A stretch of DNA of 63,828 nucleotides, filler included, from Octopus bimaculoides (taxonomy: Eukaryota), in the NCBI RefSeq assembly GCF_001194135.2. It is 7 parts of 7 records of this genome, joined end to end, with 100 filler letters (N's around TTAATTAATTAA, not from the genome) between each part and the next. Parts side by side here need not be neighbours in the genome. Positions count along the whole stretch, not along the records: positions 25,969 to 49,682 come from NC_068995.1; positions 49,783 to 57,718 come from NC_068984.1; 5 more parts are not named here. The stretch is one strand, 5' to 3'. The position numbers and the translations under genes were made by a program. Positions within the stretch are counted from its first letter, which is position 1, and every line of letters starts with the position of its first letter. The notes below the pieces were generated by a model, which saw only the letters and a program-made list of their open reading frames with translations, was not told the origin of the DNA and searched no databases. This document shows, piece by piece, positions 38,300 through 50,580 of this stretch.

Positions 38300-38512
38300 T
38301 TCTTCTTGCATCCTCAAGGCCCGAATTTTTGGGGGAGGGGAGCCATTCGATTAGATCGATCCTAGTACGCAACTGGCACTTAATTTATCGACCTCGAAAG
38401 GATGAAAGGCAAAGTCTACCTCGGCGGAATTGAACTCAGAACGTAAAGACAGACGAAATACCGCTAAGTATTTCGCCCGGCGTGCTCACGTTTCTGCCAG
38501 CTCGCCGCCTTC
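38300..38512 (-). mobile_element. SINE-A, full length
   Basis: Head GAAGGCGGCGAGCTGGCAGAAACG on the minus strand; B box; core; tail. Confidence 0.92.
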
Positions 38513-38559
38513 TTCTAGCATAGGATCCTTTCAGTATCATAACTAGGCTTCATTACAAT

Positions 38560-38880
38560 TTCCAGCGGAATTCCCATCATGCGCTACCAACTGAAACTAT
38601 CGATATTATTCAACATTCTCATTCGCGGTCTACCCCTATGACTCTTGCCGGTTGATTCGCCTTGACGAACCCGTCTTGCAATACTTCCTGGCGACATTCT
38701 GATCATATATTCGTAATACTAAGGCTGTGATCTCAGTCTAAGGAACTAGTCGATCGACCTGGAGGAACTCCTTGATGTCTGAACTACGCCCGCTATCGAG
38801 TAACAACATTCCAGCGATCTTTCGTCACTCTAACTATCCTTCGGAGGAAAACCTGTTCAGTTGCTTGGTTTCACTATCGA
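38560..38880 (-). mobile_element. RTE/BovB-like LINE 3' remnant
   Basis: Minus strand QGESTGKSHRGRPRMRMLNNI matches the RTE C-terminal QGKIEGKRRRGRPRMRWLD motif. Confidence 0.6.
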
Positions 38881-39639
38881 ATGATAAGCGTTAGATAAAT
38901 TGAGTATAGATAAATTAAACGCACCATGTGTGGTCAATATTTCCAGAAAACTCTAAGGAGGTGTGGATAAGAGTATAAGAATAAATGGTAAAGGGACTGA
39001 GGTGTATAAGAAACATAAAAGTGATGAATTTGACAGTGGTGGTAGTGACGGTAGTAACAGCAGCAGCAGCAGCTGTGTAGTAGTAGTAGTAGTAGTGGTG
39101 GTGGTGGTAAAATGTTTCAGCTTATATATTCTGGAAATTAGAGATAGTTGCCGTCGCACCTGATTGGATTTGTCAATGGGTGCTGTTGAGCCAGCCAATT
39201 GGCCGATGGTTCATGTCCCGCGAAGGACACCTTTTTGTATCCATCGTTAAAACACTCACCTGCAGCTGAATGAAAGCAGGTGCTGTAGGACGTAATATAT
39301 TTCACTGCTATAAATATGTAGGCATTTATGAACAATGACATAACCAACATATAGAGCCATGCATATTTAAGTAAAAGAAATTGACAAAAATCAAAATCAA
39401 AATCAAGGGAGATAACTCCAACAACTTCAAGTAATTGAAATATTTAGAAAATATAGAGAAATGCAGTTTGAAGTGGAGCCTAATTTTAAAGCCAACTGGT
39501 AAATGAAAGCAATTGATATGCTTCTTTCTTATTAAATCTCATTAACGAAAATATACTGAGTTCTATTGGCATAGCTTAGAGATGAACAGTATATATAGAA
39601 ATATACGGAAAGTGTTATTAATGATAATTTCCAAATTTT

Positions 39640-39840
39640 GACAGAAGGCCAGCAATTCTAAGGGAGAGGGTAAGTCGATTGTATCTACACCAGAAATCAA
39701 ATTGTACGTATTTTATCGATGATGAAAAGCTGAAATGTAAAGTCCTCGGTGGAATTTGGACCCACAGCATACAGAACCTGAAGAAATGCTGCTAAAGATT
39801 TTATCCGAGGTGCTAACGATTCAGCCAGCTCGTCGCCTTT
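39640..39840 (-). mobile_element. SINE-A, degenerate
   Basis: GGGTAAGTCGATT...TTTATCGAT...CTCGGTGGAATTTG...GCTAACGATTCAGCCAGCTCGTCGCCTT. Confidence 0.8.
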
Positions 39841-41229
39841 GTGTCATTGATAAGGATATCAAGAATAGGGCAGAGAGAAAATTACCGAGGGAAGCGTTTT
39901 GCATGTTATAAAGAAACATGGAAGTGTGGTACGTGTGTAATGTAGTGAGTTGAATGAGTTTGAGTGTTCTAGAAAATAGAAGACAAAGATTCCTTTTGGG
40001 GTGTTTAAAATCTACAAGCTAGTGAGTGGGACTAGGCTTTAAACACTACCCAGTATATGACTGATGTATATTTGTGAACTTGCAGAGCTGGATCCCCGTG
40101 GAGTTTCTATCTAAAATATACTTGATTTCTAGCCAGAGGAAGATATATCTTCCACATTGTCTTTGTTTCAGTTAATTTTGAAAGTAATGGAAAATTTATT
40201 ATAATGTTGTCTTTTTGCTTTTAAGCTGATGCTTGGAAATTAAATGTACATAAAATTTTGATGGAAGGTTTTAATATAGATCTCTTTAAATCAAGAAGCT
40301 GGCATTATAAGAACAGGGGTGGTCTCAGGTGGAATGGTATCAAAAAAGATTAATGGTGAAATAGATTACATTTATGGTACCGTGGTATTTCTCAACTCTG
40401 ATAAACCAGTAGCAAAAACTTTATAATTCTACATACGTATATTGTTTGAGATCCTTATCTTAGGATAATTTACAACTATTTATATTTCAATTCAAAGTGC
40501 AGCCGTATATATTTATTTTAGCTGACTTTTATTCCCATTCTTTCATTGTTAAATAACCTCAGTGTGATAGATGGAGTCTTTCTGTCAATTTGCTGATGTA
40601 GTTAGAAACAAATGTTATTTTCATTCGAAAAAACATTATTAAAAAAATACAAAGAAAGTAAATAGTTTCAGCATAAAATAAAACTAAAACACGAATAAGA
40701 ATACTTAAATAAAGAAAAAAAACATCACTGAAAATGAATAGGTCAAAAACCTGCAATGAAATAAAATTGAGGACAGAAAATAAAGGAAATGGGAGGTTAA
40801 ACGTAAAGTAATTTTAACGTCATTGGTTTCTTTCTAAACAGTGTATATTACCCAACTGTTAAATAATTTTATTCCGACATCAAGTAGTTTAACATTTAAA
40901 ATTTAATAATAACCTACTTCAGACAGTTACGCCAACAAAACCTAGATTTTTTGGTCATCTACTGAATATCTTTAGCTGTGGTGTGAAATAGGGTTAATAG
41001 AATAAAGAGGGGTAAAACGAAGGAAACTGTATCTGGTAGTTCAGAATTAAGATAACTGCTCTCGTTGTTTGGTTTGGACATGGTGGATGTTGGAGGGGAA
41101 AACAGGAAGTGATTACACTGTGCAATACGATTTTTGTCTTTGAGTAGCAACTGGTATTTCCTACTTGCTCACCCCTAGAAAGTATGAAAAATGGTTAATA
41201 TTTCTTTCAGACTTTTCTTTTGCTGCATT

Positions 41230-41390
41230 TATTCAAACTTCAAAGAATCCTGCTCCGCAGGTGGCTATCATACTGTCCCACTACTCTTGCTCATGATCAG
41301 AGATGCACATACTGTCGGCCGCTTAGGAAAATGCTCAAGTGATTGAGATCAAGCAATTGACAAACAAATTTTGAACACAATATTTGCAAT
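41230..41390. repeat. Diverged inverted copy of the (TAA)n-flanked element at 23018-23608
   Basis: TGATCAGAGATGCACATA...ATGCTCAA...TGACAAACAAAT matches the reverse complement of 23160-23320. Confidence 0.65.
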
Positions 41391-41624
41391 AACGATATTT
41401 CTGCTTCAGCAACGCAGCGCGGAATCTGTTTGTAATGTAATGGAAAATAGGTCAGTTTCAAAACATAGATATCTAGGTCACAGAAGCAAATTTTGAAGGG
41501 AATGCTAATCATTTCCTTTGAAATAACACTGGGAAATAACAACAGTTACTGACCAAAGACAAAAAATAACAAAATAAAATTTTATTACACTGTGTTATCA
41601 TGATGCTACCGATCTTAATGGATT

Positions 41625-41750
41625 AGCAGAATTAGTCGAGTGTCGAACGAAATGTTTATCCCTTGTATCATTTATCACCCGAGTTCAAATCTCACCAATC
41701 TCAACTTCATCATTCATCCTTCTAATACTATACTGGAGTCGATTTAGCAG
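41625..41750 (+). mobile_element. SINE-A, degenerate
   Basis: TTAGCAGAATTAG...CGAAATGTTT...CGAGTTCAAATCTC...TTCATCCTT. Confidence 0.6.
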
Positions 41751-41974
41751 GATTCATCCGTTCCATGAAATGTGATGCCCAGTGTCATTGTTAAAGCTCT
41801 CATTTTCTCTGCTATTTCTCGAAATGAGGGAGTATCTCCAGATGGTTGCTCGACGTATCAGAAATAACAGCTAAATTATCTTAGAATGGGAAAACGATAC
41901 ATTGAATATTGTAATCCTTGATTCACAATGCACAAGAAAATGACAAACGCTTTTGATGATAGATTTGCTCAGAG

Positions 41975-42357
41975 ACACGAGATCGAGCGTTAAACAACAC
42001 CAGATGGCGGTGGTGGTGATGGTGGTGATGATGATGATCGTGGTAGTGGGGCCCGTGATGATGGTGATGATAGTGGTAGTGAAGAGGATAAAAATGATTG
42101 TGGTAGTAAGAAATTACGGTTATGATGTGTGTATGTAGGTCAATGTGGCAGTGTTTATGCTATTTGTGATGGTATTAGTAAGGAAAGTGCTGGCAATGAT
42201 GGTGGTGGTGGTGAGAATGGTTATGGAAATAGTGGTGGCGATGGTTAGTACTTCTGGTGGTTGCGGTGGTGGTGGTAGTGGTGGTGTGATAGTGGCGCTG
42301 ACAATTGTACGTGTTGTAGGGCTGGTTGTGGTATTACTGCAGCTGCTACAACTCTTT

Positions 42358-42404
<47 letters not shown>

Positions 42405-42420
42405 AAAGGAGTAGTAGTAG
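41975..42420. repeat. (GGT)n/(GAT)n/(AGT)n trinucleotide mosaic
   Basis: Directly visible. Confidence 0.9.
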
Positions 42421-43114
42421 ATGCTGTTTAGATTCAGCCCAAATCGAGGGGAAGATCAACTATGACCCAGCACTCAGCACCGCATTATCCGATGTGCTGT
42501 CGTCTGAGACGGGTAGGGTAGAATAGGATTTGAGGGTATTTTCACGACTACAGAAACACAACTGCAAAGAAATAGCAAAACAAGAAAACTAGAATTCTTT
42601 TAGTCCATCAAACAAAATTTTAAATGCAAAAAAAAAATGTGCCAAGCATATTATATTAAACACTGATTTCTCTTTTGTGAATTTCCTACCAGTCAACACA
42701 TTGATGATGAAATAGCCTGATCAATAAATCAGCGAACACACAATGGTGATTGATTTATTGATCGATATCGATGTATAAGCGATCTGTTGATCGATCATTT
42801 GGACAATCTGTTCATTAAATTAATGTAAAAGTGTTTGACTATGATGCAGACAATGTAATTTTAATCGTAATTTTCGAGTAGAATCAAAATGACACAAGTC
42901 TGATAAGGCTGGCCTTTTGAATCACAGGTATCGTCTGACTGACGAGCTCCTATAATGTTTCATCGGTCCGAATTCATTCAAAAGCTTTGGGTCGACACGT
43001 GGATATTGTAAATGTGGTTATCAGTCGGTGGGGTCCCTAAGCGATTTTCTTAACCATTGCACTATCTGCATCCAGGTACTATATACACTAATAACAAGAT
43101 ATGAATAGTATTAA

Positions 43115-43280
43115 GGTAGGCAAAATGCTCGGTGACATTTAGTTCATCTCTCCATTCTGAGTTCAAATTCTGCTGAGATTGACTTTGAGTTTCATCGTTA
43201 CGTGGTTGAATAAATAAGTACCTGCTAATGTTATCGAATTAGCTCTCCCACTAACTTTCTATCTTTGTGCCAAAATTTGA
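43115..43280 (+). mobile_element. SINE-A, degenerate
   Basis: TTCTGAGTTCAAATTCTGCTGAGATTGACTTT...AATAAGTACC...TTGTGCCAAAATTTGAAA. Confidence 0.7.
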
Positions 43281-43434
43281 AATCAAATTTGAAATAAATT
43301 TATAGGTAGTGCGTTTTAATATAATTTCGGATCTTAAAAAGTGAATTTAGAATAAACAAGTTTACGATTGAAGGACCACGATTTCGATCCCGTTCAGAAA
43401 CGTTTTGTTTTGGTGGCGTCGAGACTACGCAGTT

Positions 43435-43740
43435 CATACCTTTACTCATCATACACTTGTTTCAGTCACTGAACTGCGTTTTAATTGGGTCATTGCACTA
43501 TAAGAGTTATTCGATTTAAGTCTGGTACTTGTTCCGTCAGTTCTTTTTACTGAATTGTTAGACCACGGGAACGTAAGAACCAATACCTGTTTCAAGCGAT
43601 GAGAGGCAAATACTTACACACACGCTCGCACACACATATACTCACGTTTACAAAGATATTCAACGGGCTTATGCATAGTTCAGTTATACCAGACTCATTC
43701 ATGACGCATTCTTCTACTCAGGGATGGACTTATAACCATG
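43435..43740 (-). mobile_element. SINE-C, degenerate
   Basis: CTTGTTTCAGTCA...ACTGCG...TTTTACTGAA...GAACGTAA...CAAGCGATG...AACGGGCTT. Confidence 0.6.
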
Positions 43741-44191
43741 GTTTTGCGACAAGAACTTTATAACATAGCCGTGTATATAGAACATGCAAAAAAAAAAAAA
43801 TCAGGTAATTTATTTCTAAAAACCAAACAACAATGGAGATTACAAGTGGTATGGTTGGGAATTTGCTTTATTCATCTGTATAAAAATAAGATAAATTATG
43901 TTGTTATGGTATTGAGAAGAGTATTTCTGACGTTAGGGAAAAAGATCCTTTTCGGATAATGAGAAAAGTTTATTTAGTCCTTGGGGTAAAAACGAAATAA
44001 AATTTTATGCATTTTTCGAAGGACTTTATTGGAAACAATGGAAATTTTCGTCGTTAGGGAATACCAACAGAAATAATTTTAATTATATTTCGTAATTGTC
44101 TGGGATAGTTTACTATTGAAAAACACATACAGACATTCTAAGATAATTTTATATATGCTGCTAGATGCAGCTGGTAGTTATCTCTAATATA

Positions 44192-45184
44192 TTGGGTCAT
44201 TCCATAAATAATGTTTTTTTTTATACTTCTTTTACTTTTCAAAATTTAGATAAACAAAGTTCTTTTTTTAACTTAAAATATGCTCTCCTTCATTTTCTAC
44301 AGTGCTCTTCCATCTATCTGGTAAACTTGCAAGGCCCCTCTTCCAAAATTCACGTGTCCTTGACGAAAAATACTCCTCCAGTACTGTTCGAACATCGTCT
44401 ACAGAGCTCATATTTTTTCCGTCCGAATGATTTGGAAGACTGCGGAATAAAAGATTATCAGATGGGGTAATGTCCGGCGAATACGGTGGGTGGGGCATCG
44501 TTTCCCATTCAAACTACTCCAGCCTTTGGAATGTCATCCTCGGTGTATGTGGCTGAGCATTATCCTGATGGAAGAACACCTTTCGTGTTGAAAGTAAAAA
44601 GATGGTCGTTTTTCTTCTAGCGCTGACTTAGCCGCTCAAGCTGCTCGTAGTAGATCTCCTTTGCTTTTGTTTGGTTTGGGTTTACAAGTTTAAAGTGGAT
44701 TAAACCTTTCATATCCCACTAAACAGATAACGATGCCTTACGTGGGTGAAGACCTTCTTTAGCCTCAGCTACCGGTGTTTCTCCTTTTCCTATCGACTGT
44801 CTTTGGTACTTAACATTTTTACAGAGAACCCATTTCTCGTCACCAATCACTATTCGGTCCGAAAAAGATTCATTCTTGAGACATGACAGCAAGGAAGAGC
44901 ACTCTTTCACTCTGCGCGAGATTACACTCGGAAAGTTTGTTAGGAACCCATTGACCCAATTTTCTGGCTTTTCCGATGGCACGCATGTGTCGATGAATGG
45001 TTAATGACCAAATCCAAGCTACTTCTGCTAGCTCCTCGACAATTACAATGGGATTTTGTTCCACCAGGGTTTGCAAGACGTCCTTGTCAAGCTCTACAGA
45101 TATTCCAGGACGAGGCTCGTCTTCTAGGCTGTAGAATCCGGCTCGGAATTTCTGGAACCACCGTTGACACTGGCTTACACACAT
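44192..45184 (-). mobile_element. Decayed mariner (DD34D) transposon, 5'-truncated
   Basis: ORF pieces: QRWFQKFRAG..SLEDEPRPG, GQWVP, RIVIGDEKW, HPPYSPDITPSD; TA + TIR TTGGGTCATTCCATAAATAATG at 44192. Confidence 0.92.
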
Positions 45185-45833
45185 TAATATATATATATAT
45201 ATATATCAACCGGATGCTCCTGAACCAGTTGCTGAGTGTCCATCCGGTGAGGGATTGACGCTAGATGTGTCGAAACAATTGTCGTGATTAATAATACATT
45301 CTCGTATATTCCATCCTCCGTCTTTCATNNNNNNNNNNNNNNNNNNNNNNNNNNNNNNNNNNNNNNNNNNNNNNNNNNNNNNNNNNNNNNNNNNNNNNNN
45401 NNNNNNNNNNNNNNNNNNNNNNNNNNNNNNNNNNNNNNNNNNNNNNNNNNNNNNNNNNNNNNNNNNNNNNNNNNNNNNNNNNNNNNNNNNNNNNNNNNNN
45501 NNNNNNNNNNNNNNNNNNNNNNNNNNNNNNNNNNNNNNNNNNNNNNNNNNNNNNNNNNNNNNNNNNNNNNNNNNNNNNNNNNNNNNNNNNNNNNNNNNNN
45601 NNNNNNNNNNNNNNNNNNNNNNNNNNNNNNNNNNNNNNNNNNNNNNNNNNNNNNNNNNNNNNNNNNNNNNNNNNNNNNNNNNNNNNNNNNNNNNNNNNNN
45701 NNNNNNNNNNNNNNNNNNNNNNNNNNNNNNNNNNNNNNNNNNNNNNNNNNNNNNNNNNNNNNNNNNNNNNNNNNNNNNNNNNNNNNNNNNNNNNNNNNNN
45801 NNNNNNNNNNNNNNNNNNNNNNNNNNNNNNNNN

Positions 45834-45906
<73 letters not shown>

Positions 45907-46041
45907 GTGTATGTGTGTGTGTGTGTGTGTGTGTGTACATATATGTGTGATTGTGCGTGTATGTGTTGTAATATAGTTATGTTACCTATCAGTCCATAAA
46001 ATCTGAGGCACTTATTGTTTTAACAGTATTCCTTACCACAT

Positions 46042-46407
46042 GGCACTCCGTCGGACAACGAGGGTTCCTGTTGATCCGCTCAAGGAAGCAGCCTGCTCGT
46101 GAAATTAACGTGCAAGTGGCTGAGTACTCCACAGGCACGTGTACCCTTAACGTAGTTCTCGTGGAGATTCAGCGTGTCACAGTGCATGACAAGGCTGGCC
46201 CTTTGAAATACAGGTACAACAGAAAGAAAGAGTGGAAGTTGTGGTGAAAGAGTACAGCAGGGTTCGAAACCCATCCACTCTGCCAGAGCCAAGTGGAGCT
46301 TTAGGTGTTTTCGCTCAATAAACACTCACAACGCCCGGTTTGGGAATCAAAACCGCGATCCCACGACCGCAAGCCCGCTGCCCTAACCCCTGGGCCATTG
46401 CCTCTCC
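46042..46407 (-). mobile_element. SINE-B, full length
   Basis: Reverse complement of 10256-10618. Confidence 0.92.
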
Positions 46408-47093
46408 ACATTACTTACAACAAATAAATAAAGAAAACATTTACAAAGAAGCATTGAATATATCTATTGAAGCCTCTGTGAAAGCATTCATAATCATTTA
46501 TATAGATAATTTTCTGCAATGACGTAAAGATGTTTTATTTTTTTGTCTTATGTTTCATGCAGAAATATCTTTGGTGCATCNNNNNNNNNNNNNNNNNNNN
46601 NNNNNNNNNNNNNNNNNNNNNNNNNNNNNNNNNNNNNNNNNNNNNNNNNNNNNNNNNNNNNNNNNNNNNNNNNNNNNNNNNNNNNNNNNNNNNNNNNNNN
46701 NNNNNNNNNNNNNNNNNNNNNNNNNNNNNNNNNNNNNNNNNNNNNNNNNNNNNNNNNNNNNNNNNNNNNNNNNNNNNNNNNNNNNNNNNNNNNNNNNNNN
46801 NNNNNNNNNNNNNNNNNNNNNNNNNNNNNNNNNNNNNNNNNNNNNNNNNNNNNNNNNNNNNNNNNNNNNNNNNNNNNNNNNNNNNNNNNNNNNNNNNNNN
46901 NNNNNNNNNNNNNNNNNNNNNNNNNNNNNNNNNNNNNNNNNNNNNNNNNNNNNNNNNNNNNNNNNNNNNNNNNNNNNNNNNNNNNNNNNNNNNNNNNNNN
47001 NNNNNNNNNNNNNNNNNNNNNNNNNNNNNNNNNNNNNNNNNNNNNNNNNNNNNNNNNNNNNNNNNNNNNNNNNNNNNNNNNNNNNNNNNNNNN

Positions 47094-47129
<36 letters not shown>

Positions 47130-47160
47130 CTACACACATAGATAGATAGAATAGAATAGA

Positions 47161-47229
<69 letters not shown>

Positions 47230-47619
47230 CAGACAGTGAGGACTAGCTCTGTCCTTGTTGCCCTGCTCAGATGAAGCGTATGGGCTAAAGGTCGAGACGC
47301 TTGAGAAGCCAAGGTACCTACCGTAGTTACAGAAGTGTTTCCAGCATTGCAATAGATTTAGAAGAGTTTGAAAAACTTATTCGTACCTCATGTAATTTTT
47401 GCGTGGAGGAAAGCATCTTCACCCCACTACATACATAGACGTCGGTCCAAAACTAAATGTATTTATTATTAGGGAACAACATATCCTGCATATGCTGTAT
47501 TTTAAAGCCTTCCGTATCCATTCATTGCTCTACTCAAAAAAATGGATCTGATTTCTCATATTTAGCATAATGTGCTCTTACTACCCCTATAACTTCTCCG
47601 GTTACAAACTCTTGCTCGA

Positions 47620-47770
47620 ATATCAGCTAACAAAGAAATCTCTAAGTGTTCGTTCGATCTGCAAGAGAAATATCGGCCAAATTCCTTCAAATATCACTCT
47701 CCTGTCTTGGGAAAGGAATTGACACATTATGGACGCTAACCTTCTCAAAGATGAGGGTCATGGCTATGTC
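47620..47770 (+). repeat. Family D old repeat
   Basis: GCAAGAGAAATATCGGCCAAATTCCTTCAAAT...GACACATT...GGTCATGGCT. Confidence 0.5.
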
Positions 47771-48121
47771 TTCACCTGCACAATCAAGTCCCATGTTGAA
47801 CTAAAACCTCATGTTCACATAGTAGATCTACTATCATCAGCATCGCAGCAACAAAAACAGCGATAGCAAGTTCAAATCATTCTGAAGCATTGTCTTATCG
47901 AGGTAAAACATTGTTAAACAATGATTTGAGTCCCCGGATTTAATGGACATATTTTATGTATGTATATATGTATGTATGTATTATGTATGTATGTAGGTAG
48001 GTAGGTAGGTAGGTACGTATGTGTGCATGCATACACATCTGTATGTACGTATATATGTATGTGGGTAGGTAGGTAAGTACGTATATAACATGTGTCTTTC
48101 TGTGTGTGAATATGTAGAAGC

Positions 48122-48340
48122 GAAGGTGGCAAGCGAGCAGAAACGTTAGCATGCCGGGCGAAATTATTAGGCGGTATTTCGTCTGTCTTTACGTTCTGAG
48201 TTCAAATTCCGCCGAGGTCGACTTTGTCTTTCATCATTACAGGGTCAATAAATTAACTACCAGTTGCGTACTGGGGTTGATCTAACCGACTGGCCCTTTC
48301 CCCCAAAATTTCGCGCCTTGTGCCTTGAGTAGAAAAGAAT
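48122..48340 (+). mobile_element. SINE-A, full length
   Basis: GAAGGTGGCAAGCGAGCAGAAACGTTAGC...CTGAGTTCAAATTCCGCCGAGG...AGTAGAAAAGAAT. Confidence 0.92.
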
Positions 48341-48361
48341 ATGTAGAACAAACTATTTTTA

Positions 48362-48456
48362 TAGCTGGTACTTATGCTATCGATATTGTTTTCCGAACCA
48401 CTAGGTTACTATTGTACAAACAAATCAACTGCGGTTGTTAAGTGGTGCAGGGACAA

Positions 48457-48487
<31 letters not shown>

Positions 48488-48690
48488 TACAAATACACAC
48501 ACACACTCACACGCACATTCACACACACAAATGAACACACACATATACGACGGGCTTCCACAGTTTTCGCCTTCCAAATTCACTCACACGGTATTATAGC
48601 AGAAGACAGTTGCCAAAGGTGCCTTGCAGGAAGACCGGACCCGGAACGAGGTGCTTTCCAAATGAGCTTCTTAACCATACAGCATTGCCA
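48362..48690 (-). mobile_element. SINE-C with internal (CA)n
   Basis: CTGGTACTTAT...GGACAAAC(CA)n...GACGGGCTTCCACAGTTT...GCTTCTTAACCATACAGC. Confidence 0.75.
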
Positions 48691-49336
48691 ACACCTTTAT
48701 ATTTCAAAATTAGAAGAAAAATAATTCCCTACCCATATTTATAATCGTATTTTAAAACCGATGTTTGGGTGGCTGTACACGTGGAATAAAGAGTATGCAA
48801 ATACTCGCACTATAATATAATTTTGAATTTAGTAAATCCTTTTCTGATGATGCTCGTGTCACACAAGTTTTTTTCAAAATCGTAATTTTGCTTCAAAAAA
48901 TACATTCTTTTCAAAACCACATTCACTGTAAGAGTTCCTAATTTATTCTGATAATAATCTTAGTAACGTAGCAATATAGTTGTTAACGCAATACCCTACA
49001 GCTCATTAATTTTTTAGATACATATTTATCAGCTAACTCCTTACCAACTGCTGAAAAAAAGAATATATGACAAAAAAATTACTGAATTTCTTTATAAAAG
49101 GCCTCACTTAGAATAGATTTATTCTGCAGTTATCTTTCGACATTGATATATGAATGAATATACTTACATGTTTTATGCTCATGGTGTATATACGAATGGG
49201 GGATACAAGAAAAATCAAAGGATATTCAAACAAATGCAAGATGTAAATATTGTTAAAGGTTGTATTTCTTCTTTAGTTATCTTCAAACATCAATTTAATG
49301 AACATGTTAGCCATTCCCTTTTCCTTCCATACATAT

Positions 49337-49486
<150 letters not shown>

Positions 49487-49682
49487 AGATACATATATAT
49501 ATATATGCATATATGTATTTATATACATGCATATATATATTTGTATGTTTATACATATGTTTATATTTATATATGCATATATATATATATGTATTTATAT
49601 ATATATGTATATATATATGTACATATTTATATATATATGTATATATATGTATATATATATATATGTGTATATATATATATAT

Positions 49683-49782
49683 NNNNNNNNNNNNNNNNNN
49701 NNNNNNNNNNNNNNNNNNNNNNNNNNTTAATTAATTAANNNNNNNNNNNNNNNNNNNNNNNNNNNNNNNNNNNNNNNNNNNN
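49683..49782. other. Artificial scaffold join
   Basis: 44N-TTAATTAATTAA-44N. Confidence 0.95.
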
Positions 49783-49814
<32 letters not shown>

Positions 49815-49820
49815 GTATAA

Positions 49821-49860
<40 letters not shown>

Positions 49861-49883
49861 CTATGTATATGTATATATATATG

Positions 49884-49920
<37 letters not shown>

Positions 49921-50042
49921 ATGAAGTATGTATAAATATACGTATATATGAATGTATGTATATATGTATATATGTACATATCTATATATATGTATATACA
50001 TGTATATATATATATGTATATATATATACATATATATATATT

Positions 50043-50150
50043 CTACTCGAAGCAATCCTATGAAGCTACACTAAGAAACCCGTTTCGGTGTAACATGTCA
50101 GCTACTGGGAAATACTGAAAGAATTAAAACTCCTCTCCTTGGAACGAAGG
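50043..50150 (+). mobile_element. CR1-clade LINE fragment (post-RT region)
   Basis: [34 protein letters not shown] matches the CR1 Y.ERLKEL.L.SLERR motif. Confidence 0.7.
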
Positions 50151-50580
50151 CTAACGTTTTTTATTTCTTTATTGCCCACAAGGGGCTAAACATAGTGAGG
50201 ACAAACAAGGACAGACAAAGGGATTAAGTTGATTAGAACGACCCCAGTTTGCAACTTGTACTTAGTTTATCGCTCCCGAAAGGATTAAAAGCAAAGTCAA
50301 ACTCGGTGGAATTTGAACTTAGGACGTAAAGACAGACAACATACTGCTAATGTTTCCTATTTCTTTATTGCCCACAAGGGGCTAAACATAGAGGGGACAA
50401 ACAAGGGCAGACAAAGGGAATAAGTCGATTACATTAATCCCCTGTGCGTAATTGGTTATTGTTTAATCGACCCCGAAAGGATGAAAGGCAAAGTCGACCT
50501 AGGCGGAATTTGAACGCAGACGAAATACCGTTAAGCATTTCGCCCGGCATGCTAACGAGTCTACCAGCTCGCTGCCTTTC
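50151..50580 (-). mobile_element. SINE-A long-tail dimer (head-to-tail)
   Basis: TTTCTTTATTGCCCACAAGGGGCTAAACATAG tail at ~50165 and ~50360, each with its own core. Confidence 0.9.

Noticed and set aside
42430-42520. Exon-like segment (DSAQIEGKINYDPALSTALSDVLSSETG)
   Set aside because: Better explained as a minus-strand family D copy (CATTATCCGATGTG...GATTTGAGGG).
26385-47310. Other CTGAAG/CAGATGA...GAAAC-like motifs (~26390, ~47270)
   Set aside because: Too degenerate to form hammerhead stems; at most Penelope-like debris.
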